A stretch of 64,000 nucleotides of DNA, from assembly GCA_045640405.1 (NCBI GenBank), contig JAZUEY010000070.1, positions 39,751 through 103,750 of the forward strand, given 5' to 3'. The DNA comes from Candidatus Limivicinus sp. (lineage in GTDB: Bacteria; Bacillota; Clostridia; Oscillospirales; Oscillospiraceae). The notes under the pieces are model-generated. The model had not been told where the DNA came from, did not search any database, and worked only from the letters and a program-made list of their open reading frames with translations. Positions 36,272 through 44,127 of this stretch are shown here, one piece after another. The translations under genes were made by a program, and so were the position numbers. The stretch's first letter is position 1. Each line of letters opens with the position of its first letter.

Positions 36272-37175
36272 AGTCATCCTCAAATCTGAGCGTAATGCTC
36301 ATTCCGTCCTGCCCGGCTGTTACGCCCGGGTATATTTTTTCTGCATTCTGCAGGTATTCTTCAGGATCATCCATCATCTGGGAATAGTGCGTAAGCCAGA
36401 GTCTCTTTGCGTTGGCCTCCTGTGCGATGCGGGCAGCCTGCGCAAAGGTGCTGTGCCCGTATTCGGCAGCTTCCTGCGTATTCTCATCGTCACCGTAGGT
36501 TGCATCGCAGATAAGAAGATCGGCTTCTTTTGCGTTTTCCGCAAGCGCGTCGCAGGGCGCCGTGTCCCCGGAAAAGACGAACTTCAGCCCTCTGCGCTCG
36601 GCTCCGATTACCATATCCGGAGTAATGAGTCTGTCCCCGATACAGATATCCTCGCCGTGCTGGAGTATGCCCCGCTTATCCGGCGGAACACCGAGCTCGT
36701 CCGCCTTTGCGGCATCAAACTTGCCGGGTCTTTTCATTGTGAAGCTATAGCCGAACGCCGGTATCCGGTGGCTGACGTAAAAGCCGTTCAGCGTGCCGCC
36801 TCCGAAAGCGATGCCGTCCTTCGGCATCTGCAAAAGAAAAATCCGGTAGGGCATCGGCCCTGCCAGCTTCAGGATAGTTTCCATCACTTCTTTCAGACCT
36901 TCCGGGCCGGTTATATAGAGGTCATCGGTTCTTCCTAAGCATCCGAAAGTCTGCAAAAGCCCCGGCAGCCCGAAGATGTGATCTCCGTGATAGTGCGTCA
37001 GCGCAATGATGTCTGTTTTCATCAAACTGACGTGGGCTTTTCGTGCCGCGCTTTGCGTTCCTTCGCCACAGTCGAAAAGGATGGTTCTGCCGCCGGTTCT
37101 CAGCAATACACTGGAAAGGGCTCTGTCGGGCAGCGGCATCGTCGCCGCCGTTCCCAGCAATGTAATGTCAATCAT
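36264..37175 (-). CDS. rnz: Ribonuclease Z
   Basis: MIDITLLGTAATMP, LFDCGEGTQ, THYHGDHIFGLPGLL, flexible-arm insert, FSGDT, HST, THYS. Confidence 0.9.
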   Translation of the reverse strand: MIDITLLGTAATMPLPDRALSSVLLRTGGRTILFDCGEGTQSAARKAHVSLMKTDIIALTHYHGDHIFGLPGLLQTFGCLGRTDDLYITGPEGLKEVMETILKLAGPMPYRIFLLQMPKDGIAFGGGTLNGFYVSHRIPAFGYSFTMKRPGKFDAAKADELGVPPDKRGILQHGEDICIGDRLITPDMVIGAERRGLKFVFSGDTAPCDALAENAKEADLLICDATYGDDENTQEAAEYGHSTFAQAARIAQEANAKRLWLTHYSQMMDDPEEYLQNAEKIYPGVTAGQDGMSITLRFEDDYD

Positions 37176-37180
37176 AGCGA

Positions 37181-37217
37181 TAAAAATATATCACCAATTG
37201 CCCGTCAAGGCAATTGG
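37181..37217 (-). terminator. Rho-independent terminator after the MotB-like gene
   Basis: CCAATTGCC-loop-GGCAATTGG followed on the minus strand by TGATATATTTTTAT. Confidence 0.6.
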
Positions 37218-37233
37218 CAATATATTCCCGAAT

Positions 37234-38121
37234 TTATTTGGTTTTATCAAGATAGGTATCGACAATGTCGAGAACCGTATCGTCTTTCAGAATAATCGAA
37301 ATCTCGATTCTTCTGTTCTGTGCTTTTCCCTCTTCGCTATCGTTGTCCGCCACCGGTCTCGTCTCTCCGTAGCCCGCAGCGCAGAAGTACCGAGAGTAAT
37401 CGTTCAGCCCGTGGCTCAGCAGATAGTTGAGCACAGAATTGGCACGGTTGGTAGAAAGCGTTCGGTTGGTCTCGGGCGTTCCGTCCGTATCGGTGTGCCC
37501 GGATATGACAATTGAATCAATGTATCGGGCGTTCCCGTCTTCCGACAGGAACTCCGCAAACACCGCTGCCAGCTGTTCCAGGGCCGCGGCAGAATCCGCT
37601 TTCAGCTGATAGGACCCCGAATCGAAAAGAACATTTTCATTCAGGATGATGCTGCCGTTGTCGCTGATCTCCACTTCATCAGTGTTTCCCGTCGCCCGGA
37701 CGATTCCGTCGCGTATCTTCTCAACGATGGACAGCCTCAGTACCGCAATCGTCTGCATTTGGGAACGCATGTCTTCCAGTTCCTCGTTTGCCGCCGCTAG
37801 ATACTCCTCCTGGCTGTCAATCAGAGCCTGCTGGGTGAGTACCTCTTTCTGCTTTCCTTTCAGCTCCTCGGTTGCTTCGTCGAGTTCAATCTGAATTCTT
37901 GCCAGTGCATCCTGCGCATTCTCCACCTCGGTCTGCGTCAGCTGTAGCGTCTCCTGGGTGTTCTGCAGATTGTTGCCCGTAACCAGATTCTGTATGTAGG
38001 CCAGAAGCATCAAAAAGAAAAGAATCAGTGCAAACGAGCTCATCATATCCGCGTAAGACGGCCAGAATCCCTGCTCTCCGCTTTCGGACGAGGATTCCCT
38101 TTTAAATGAGCCTCTTCTCAT
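37234..38121 (-). CDS. MotB/OmpA-family protein with long coiled-coil linker
   Basis: Plug/TM region FWPSYADMMSSFALILFFLMLL has the conserved Asp before the TM. About 85 residues of heptad-like Q/E/L-rich sequence follow. C-terminal OmpA-like domain ISGHTDTDGTPETNRTLSTNRANSV...NRRIEI. Confidence 0.8.
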   Translation of the reverse strand: MRRGSFKRESSSESGEQGFWPSYADMMSSFALILFFLMLLAYIQNLVTGNNLQNTQETLQLTQTEVENAQDALARIQIELDEATEELKGKQKEVLTQQALIDSQEEYLAAANEELEDMRSQMQTIAVLRLSIVEKIRDGIVRATGNTDEVEISDNGSIILNENVLFDSGSYQLKADSAAALEQLAAVFAEFLSEDGNARYIDSIVISGHTDTDGTPETNRTLSTNRANSVLNYLLSHGLNDYSRYFCAAGYGETRPVADNDSEEGKAQNRRIEISIILKDDTVLDIVDTYLDKTK

Positions 38122-38954
38122 CTTTCGCCTTTCACGCTGCGGCCAATGTCACGCACGGCCAGGTCCAGCCGCTCGATGGTTCCTCTCAGGCTGTATTCTA
38201 TCTCCGAGAAATCGTGCATTCCGGAATTGAACGTCTCGATGGTCTCGTTGAACTTTTCGAGATTCTTTGCCGTGGCTTCGGTCGTTGCATTGAGCGACTT
38301 CAGAATCTTGTTTCCAAGTTCTATCTCGTCCTTCACAGCATCCGTCGGAAGGGAAGGCGCCACGGACTCGTCGAGCCATAGTTCAAGCCTTGTCTCCATA
38401 GTCTCTCTGGCTCCGGACGGAGAGAAGATGGAACGCAGTATCGTCAATACAATAGAGCAGGCAACACCCACGAGAGACGTGTAAAAGGCAACGCCCATTC
38501 CGCTCAGGGCCGACATCAGCCCTCCGCCCACGGAATCCAAAACGGAAAGCCACTCGCTTGTGTTGGAGGTGGAAATCAGTTCCGTCAGTGAACTGACCGA
38601 GAGCGACAGCCCGAGAAATGTTCCGAAAAGGCCGAGCGTAACGAACAGAGAAACCGCATTGTTCAAAAACCTCTCGCAGAGCTTCAGCCCGCCGAGTTTA
38701 ATGTTCTCCGTGTTTTCTATGATGGCCGGTGTATTCACTTCCGTCCCGAATTTCTTGTAAGACTCGGCATATTTGTTGACTGCCGTACGAAGAAAACCGT
38801 TATTGTCCTTGATGGTCCCGCCGCTCAGCTGTGCCGACAGTCTCTTATATCTCAGATAGGTATGAAACAGCACAATCACCGCCAGGATGAACAGTGCCAC
38901 AATAATAAAGGTAACCGCCACACCGGTAGCCGGCATGTTTTTAATTCCTGCCAT
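38118..38954 (-). CDS. MotA/TolQ/ExbB proton-channel family protein with C-terminal helical tail
   Basis: ATG at 38954 lies 6 nt after GGGAGG. Three TM segments with the core LGLFGTFLGL ... MGVAFYTSLVGV, then an approximately 90-aa charged helical tail. ATGA-type overlap with the downstream MotB-like gene. Confidence 0.75.
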   Translation of the reverse strand: MAGIKNMPATGVAVTFIIVALFILAVIVLFHTYLRYKRLSAQLSGGTIKDNNGFLRTAVNKYAESYKKFGTEVNTPAIIENTENIKLGGLKLCERFLNNAVSLFVTLGLFGTFLGLSLSVSSLTELISTSNTSEWLSVLDSVGGGLMSALSGMGVAFYTSLVGVACSIVLTILRSIFSPSGARETMETRLELWLDESVAPSLPTDAVKDEIELGNKILKSLNATTEATAKNLEKFNETIETFNSGMHDFSEIEYSLRGTIERLDLAVRDIGRSVKGER

Positions 38955-38991
38955 GTTGAACCTCCCTGTCCGCAATACGGATTGAATTCTA

Positions 38992-39693
38992 TCAGTCTCT
39001 TTTTCTGCCGTAAATGGCTATCAGCCTCAGAAGCTGAGCAAGAGCTACGGCAAGTCCCGCAACATAGGTCAGTGCCGCCGCAACGAGAACCTCTTTTGCG
39101 GCTTCGTAGTCTTCGCCTTCAAGAAGTCCGTTGCTTGTGATGCAGTTGAGCGCTCTGCGGCTAGCATCAAATTCCGTAGGCAGCGTTATAAGCTGGAACA
39201 CCACACAGAGTGCAAACAGTGCAATGCCCGTATATACAAGGTAATAGGCGCGCGGGATTAAAGCGCTGAGAATGGCGCCGATAATGATGAGCGGAATACT
39301 GATTCTGGAACCGAAATTGGTAGCCGGCACAATCGCCATGCGGACCTTGGCAGGCCAGTAGGCATCGGCGTATTGCATCGCGTGCCCACACTCGTGCGCG
39401 GCAACACCAACGGCAACCGAAGACGGCGTATTGTATTCCGTCTCTCCGAGAACGACTCTCCCGTTCTTCGGGTCATAATAGTCGGACAGCGTACCCGTTG
39501 TCTGTGCAATCGGAACATCCTGAAGGCCGGCTCTGTCGAGAATCAGCCTTGCGGCCTCGGCGCCGGTAATGTTTCTGGAATTTCTGACATTTGAATACTT
39601 GCTGTAGGTCTTCTTGACCTTTCTGTCTGCCCAAAATGAGAAGATAATCGCTGCCAATAAAAGCAGTCCGGATATTGCAGTTCCGCTGTTCAT
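38992..39693 (-). CDS. YugP-type putative neutral zinc metallopeptidase (membrane-anchored)
   Basis: ATG at 39693 follows GAGGTG. N-terminal TM, HECGHAMQ (HEXXH), two C-terminal TM segments. Confidence 0.8.
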   Translation of the reverse strand: MNSGTAISGLLLLAAIIFSFWADRKVKKTYSKYSNVRNSRNITGAEAARLILDRAGLQDVPIAQTTGTLSDYYDPKNGRVVLGETEYNTPSSVAVGVAAHECGHAMQYADAYWPAKVRMAIVPATNFGSRISIPLIIIGAILSALIPRAYYLVYTGIALFALCVVFQLITLPTEFDASRRALNCITSNGLLEGEDYEAAKEVLVAAALTYVAGLAVALAQLLRLIAIYGRKRD

Positions 39694-39799
39694 CAAAAAC
39701 ACCTCGCTTTTTGTTTCATTATACAATGAACATATTTTAATATTGCGAATAAATTATTAATACGTATAAAAAAGAAGCCACCCCGAAAGATGACTTCTA

Positions 39800-39875
39800 T
39801 GGTCCGAGTAGCCAGGTTTGAACTGGCGGCCTCGTGATCCCAAATCACGCGCGCTCCCGACTGCGCCATACCCGG
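39800..39875 (-). tRNA. tRNA-Pro (anticodon UGG)
   Basis: Minus-strand sequence CCGGGTATGGCGCAGTCGGGAGCGCGCGTGATTTGGGATCACGAGGCCGCCAGTTCAAACCTGGCTACTCGGACCA folds as a cloverleaf. It has a 7-bp acceptor stem, an anticodon loop TT-TGG-GA, a T-loop TTCAAAC and an encoded CCA. Confidence 0.9.
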
Positions 39876-39896
39876 ATGGCAACCGGCAGGGCCGGT

Positions 39897-40241
39897 TTAG
39901 AAATTAAAGATACCCGAAAGGCTGTTGAAAAAGCTCTGCATCTGGCCGAGTGTGTCTTTAAGCCCTTGAAAATCGATGCCTTCGATTTTGGACTTAAAAC
40001 CCTCGAACTCGGCAACAATGCCCTCAAATTCGGCGCTGATGCCGTTGATGCGCTCTATCAAATCCCTGTACTGGCCGGCAATCGCAATAATTTTCGGCAC
40101 AATGATAATGGCCAGGATGATGAGCAGAACGGCAACGACCGCGAGCTGAATGATGCTGCGGGTTCTCTCCGCCTTCTGGAATTTTTCAATTCTTATAAGG
40201 CGTTCGTTTATTTCCTGCAAAAGCTCTTTGTTGTCTTCCAT
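39897..40241 (-). CDS. Small single-pass membrane protein with helical repeats
   Basis: 114 aa with a central TM (IIQLAVVAVLLIILAIIIV). C-terminal repeats ISAEFEGIVAEFEGFKSKIEGIDFQGL. Confidence 0.55.
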   Translation of the reverse strand: MEDNKELLQEINERLIRIEKFQKAERTRSIIQLAVVAVLLIILAIIIVPKIIAIAGQYRDLIERINGISAEFEGIVAEFEGFKSKIEGIDFQGLKDTLGQMQSFFNSLSGIFNF

Positions 40242-40253
40242 AGTTTTATTATA

Positions 40254-42035
40254 TTACTTTTTCGGCCTTATTTCAACCAGATTGAGCCGCAGAGCATTCA
40301 TGACCACGCAGAAGCTCGAAAGGCTCATGCAAAGGGCGGCGATGCCCGGCGTCAGGCTTATTCCGGATGAAATCAGGGCACCTGCCGCAACCGGAATGCC
40401 GATTACATTGTATATGAACGCCCAGAAGAGGTTTTCCCGGATGTTGCGGAGCGTCGCCTTTGCGAGTTTAATGGCCAATACGACGTCTTCCAATCTGCCT
40501 TTCATCACGACAACATCCGCGGAGTCAATAGCAACATCCGTGCCTGTGCCGATTGCCAGACCTACGTCGGCTTTCGTGAGCGCCGGTGCATCGTTGATGC
40601 CGTCTCCGACCATCAGCACTTTTCTGCTGCCGGTCTGCAGTTTGGCAACGGCTTCGGACTTGCCGTCCGGCTTCACTTCCCAGATGATGTTATCGATGCC
40701 GCAGGAGGCGGCAATCTCTCTGGCCTTGGCCTCGCGGTCTCCGGTTATCATCCACACTTCCAGCCCCAGGTCTTTCATCGCCTTTACGGCTTCGACGGCA
40801 CCGGGCCTGAGGGTGTTTGCCTTTATCTGCATTTCCTCCGTGCTCTGTTCGAGAGACTCCAAATCGGAAATCTCTTTTGAGCCATAGGTCAGCGTGCCCG
40901 TCTTATCCAGAGCCACGACCTGAATGCGGCCCGTCTCCTCGATGGAAGCCGCCGTCTTATAAAGAATGCCGTTCTTCGCGCCTCTGCCGGATGCCACCAT
41001 AATTGCAACCGGCGTTGCCAGACCGAGGGCGCACGGGCAGGATATGACGAGGACGGATATTCCTCTTTCCAGTGCAAAGCCGAATGCCCGGCCGCAAAGA
41101 AGCCAGATAACTGTGACAAGCACCGCAATGCCTATAACGCATGGAACGAATACACCTGCCACCTTATCGGCCACGCGGGCGATGGGCGCCTTGGATGCTG
41201 CCGTATCCGAAACAAGGCGTATGATTCTGGCCAGGGTTGTATCGTCTCCGGTCGCGGTTGCGCGGCACTTCACGGTGCCTTTGCGATTTACGGTCGCGGC
41301 ACAGATGCCGTCTCCCGCTTTTTTCTCAACCGGGTCGGATTCGCCGGTCAGCATCGACTCATCAACCTGTGCGGTGCCTTCAAGGATTATTCCGTCAACC
41401 GGGAACCGGTCGCCCGGGTATACTTCGAACTCGTCTCCGACCCGGATATCCATCTTCGGGACCAGTTCGACGAGGTCCTTCAGGGCATTTGTCGTTCTGC
41501 CTTTTGAGTAGGACTCCAGGGTTTTACCGATTGTAATAAAAGTCAGAATCATGGCCGCGGAGTCGTAATAACCATAGGCAAACGCCGCCAGAGACCCGAT
41601 GGCCACAAGTGCGTCCATATTCGGAGATGCATGGACGATACTCTTGAATCCGCTTACAAAGAAGCGGTTGTTTATCAGCATCACGGCAACGCAGAGGGCT
41701 ATCTCGGCCATCTTCCAGCCCTTGTGCATGCAGAGCATCTGCACGGCCAGCAAAACCGCCGAGACTATGAGACGCTTCAGCAACTTCGGCGTTTCGGTAT
41801 CTTTGAAGCCGGATTCATCTTCCTCGATCTCGGCTGTTTTTTCTTCCTCACAGCCGTAACCGGCATCCGTCACCGCTTTGATAATATCCGCGGAATCGGC
41901 GCTGCCTTCCACCAGCATTTCGTTGGTCAGCAGGCTGACCGAGCAACTCTCCACTCCCGGCACCGCGTTCGTCGCCTTTTCCACTCTGGCAACGCATGCG
42001 GCACAGCCCATTCCGCTGACGGTGAATCGTTTCAT
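40254..42035 (-). CDS. CopA-like P1B-type heavy-metal ATPase lacking most of the nucleotide-binding (N) domain
   Basis: HMA domain GMGCAAC, TGES, CPC (SCPCALGLATP), DKTGTLT, TGD, GDGINDAP. Only 54 residues separate the DKTGT Asp from TGD, and no SEHP/GxG motifs are present. Confidence 0.8.
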   Translation of the reverse strand: MKRFTVSGMGCAACVARVEKATNAVPGVESCSVSLLTNEMLVEGSADSADIIKAVTDAGYGCEEEKTAEIEEDESGFKDTETPKLLKRLIVSAVLLAVQMLCMHKGWKMAEIALCVAVMLINNRFFVSGFKSIVHASPNMDALVAIGSLAAFAYGYYDSAAMILTFITIGKTLESYSKGRTTNALKDLVELVPKMDIRVGDEFEVYPGDRFPVDGIILEGTAQVDESMLTGESDPVEKKAGDGICAATVNRKGTVKCRATATGDDTTLARIIRLVSDTAASKAPIARVADKVAGVFVPCVIGIAVLVTVIWLLCGRAFGFALERGISVLVISCPCALGLATPVAIMVASGRGAKNGILYKTAASIEETGRIQVVALDKTGTLTYGSKEISDLESLEQSTEEMQIKANTLRPGAVEAVKAMKDLGLEVWMITGDREAKAREIAASCGIDNIIWEVKPDGKSEAVAKLQTGSRKVLMVGDGINDAPALTKADVGLAIGTGTDVAIDSADVVVMKGRLEDVVLAIKLAKATLRNIRENLFWAFIYNVIGIPVAAGALISSGISLTPGIAALCMSLSSFCVVMNALRLNLVEIRPKK

Positions 42036-42580
42036 TGATTCAGTTCCTTCAAAGTCGGCTGGACTCTGTCCTTGTCGCTCAGAAGAATCGGTGCATCCAC
42101 TTTTGGCCAGTCTATACCTATGTCGGGGTCGTTCCAGAGCAGACCGCCTTCATCGCCGGGATGATAGAAATCCGTGCACTTGTAGCAGAACTCCGCCACG
42201 TCGCTCAGAACCAGAAAACCGTGCGCAAAACCCGGGGAGATGTAGAACTGCTTTTTGTTCTCATCCGAAAGGGTCACACCGAACCACTTGCCGTATGTCT
42301 CGCTGCCCTTGCGCAGGTCCACGGCCACATCGAACACTTCGCCTTTAATGACACGAACGAGCTTCCCCTGCGGATATTCCTTCTGGAAATGCAGGCCGCG
42401 CAGGACCCCCTTCATCGAGCAGCTCTGGTTGTCCTGGACGAAAAACATGTCCAGGCCGTTCTCCTTCATGTCGTTGAAGTTGTAGGTCTCCATAAAATAT
42501 CCTCTGGCATCTCCGTGCACCGTCGGCTCTATGACATACAATCCTTCGATATCCGCTTTTGTTACCTTAATCTGGCTCAT
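42032..42580 (-). CDS. rfbC: dTDP-4-dehydrorhamnose 3,5-epimerase
   Basis: MSQIKVTKADIEGLYVIEPTVHGDARGYF, RGLHFQ, FVLSDVAEFCYKCTDFY. ATG at 42580 overlaps the upstream gene stop. Confidence 0.9.
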   Translation of the reverse strand: MSQIKVTKADIEGLYVIEPTVHGDARGYFMETYNFNDMKENGLDMFFVQDNQSCSMKGVLRGLHFQKEYPQGKLVRVIKGEVFDVAVDLRKGSETYGKWFGVTLSDENKKQFYISPGFAHGFLVLSDVAEFCYKCTDFYHPGDEGGLLWNDPDIGIDWPKVDAPILLSDKDRVQPTLKELNQ

Positions 42581-44127
42581 TGTTTTGCCTCGTGATATTC
42601 TTTTTCCGTGTTGACATTCCAAATGGCCGATTTATCCGCATTCCCGCCAAGAATGCACTTTACGGCCTCAAACGATGTCATCATTGAATGGTCCAGGTTG
42701 TTGTACCGGTGCTGCCCGTTGCGCCCCACACAATACAGATTGTCTATCGTATTCAGGTATTCAATCAGGGAATCCATCTCCGCATAGGTATCAAAGTAGG
42801 CAGGATATGCCTTCTTCACCTTTTCCATATGGCTGTCCAAAACGGCCGTCTCGTCTTTAATCAGGTTTATCCGAATCATTTCCTCAATGCCGAGCTTTCT
42901 GAATTCCTCTTCGGTCTGATTCCAGAAATCGTCCCCTTCCTTGCAGAAATACTCAAGGCCAACCCACACGGTGTTCTCAAGGTCCTTCACAAGATACGGG
43001 CTCCAGTTGTTGTAAATCTGGAATCTGCCCATTTTGACGCTTCTGTCCTGAACATACACCCAGCAGTCCGGCACAATGTTCCCGACCGTTTTTATTTCTG
43101 TTTTATTCTCCAGTTCCAGTTTTTTCACCAGAACTCCGAGCGTCATATAGTCGCGGTACGGCAGACCCGCCGCGATTCTCGCAGGCTCGGCCGGAACATC
43201 GTTCATTCCGGCAACGAGGTCCTTAATCGGCATGGACGAGATGAACACATCCGCTTCTTCGGTAATCGGTTTCCCGTCTTTTTCATAGGTTACGGCCGTT
43301 ATTCGGTTTCCGTCTTTACGGAGCCCAGTTACCCTGGCCTCTTTGATGATTTTCCCGCCAAGGGCCTCTATCTTCTTTGCCGTCGTCTCCCAAAGTTCTC
43401 CGGGACCGAGCTTTGGATACTTGAACTCCTCAATAAGCGATGTATTCACTTCCCGGTTCTTGACATGCAGCACCTTGCCGAAAACATCCTTCAGGATGCC
43501 GGCTATCGAGAGGCCCTTGGTTCTCTGCGCTCCCCAGGATGCATCGATTTCACTGGGATGTCTGCCCCACAGATTCTCCGTGTAGTATTCGAAGAACATG
43601 GAATACAGCTGTCTGCCGAAGCTGTTGATGTAGAAGTTTTCCAGATTGTCCTCCGGCAGCTTATGAAACACCGATTTCATATAAGAGAATCCGCATTTCA
43701 TCGTGTTGACGAAGCCCATGTTTTTAAAGGTCTCCGGTTTTAGGGAGATCGGATAGTCATAAAACTTGCCGTCAAAGAATATTCTGGATACTCTGTGACG
43801 CAGCAGCATTACTTCGTCCGTTTTTTCGGGATCCGGGCCGTTTTCGGAAAGCGGAATGTCCCTCTGGAGAAGAACGTCGTCAAAGGACGGAGCCCCTTGC
43901 ATGGGTAGCATATTTTCCCACCATTCGTTCACTTCCGGCACTTTGGAAAAGAAGCGATGCCCGCCCATATCCATCCGATTCCCGTTGTAAGCCACCGTTC
44001 TCGATATGCCGCCGAGCATGCTGCTCTCTTCAAAAACCGTCACTTCATATTCATTGCTTTTCGTCAGCAGTTCATATCCTGCCGTCAGACCGGCGGGCCC
44101 TCCGCCTATTATTATTGCTTTTTTCAT
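42577..44127 (-). CDS. FAD-dependent oxidoreductase, UDP-galactopyranose mutase / amine-oxidase-like
   Basis: N-terminal Rossmann KKAIIIGGGPAGLTAGYEL, 516 aa, in a polysaccharide-locus context. Confidence 0.7.
   Translation of the reverse strand: MKKAIIIGGGPAGLTAGYELLTKSNEYEVTVFEESSMLGGISRTVAYNGNRMDMGGHRFFSKVPEVNEWWENMLPMQGAPSFDDVLLQRDIPLSENGPDPEKTDEVMLLRHRVSRIFFDGKFYDYPISLKPETFKNMGFVNTMKCGFSYMKSVFHKLPEDNLENFYINSFGRQLYSMFFEYYTENLWGRHPSEIDASWGAQRTKGLSIAGILKDVFGKVLHVKNREVNTSLIEEFKYPKLGPGELWETTAKKIEALGGKIIKEARVTGLRKDGNRITAVTYEKDGKPITEEADVFISSMPIKDLVAGMNDVPAEPARIAAGLPYRDYMTLGVLVKKLELENKTEIKTVGNIVPDCWVYVQDRSVKMGRFQIYNNWSPYLVKDLENTVWVGLEYFCKEGDDFWNQTEEEFRKLGIEEMIRINLIKDETAVLDSHMEKVKKAYPAYFDTYAEMDSLIEYLNTIDNLYCVGRNGQHRYNNLDHSMMTSFEAVKCILGGNADKSAIWNVNTEKEYHEAKQ

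Noticed and set aside
37234-38954. Classifying the MotA/MotB-like pair as a Zorya (ZorAB) defence system
   Set aside because: The A-subunit tail is about 90 aa rather than several hundred. No ZorC/ZorD/ZorE-like genes are adjacent; the neighbours are a Zn-peptidase and rnz. I report only a family resemblance.
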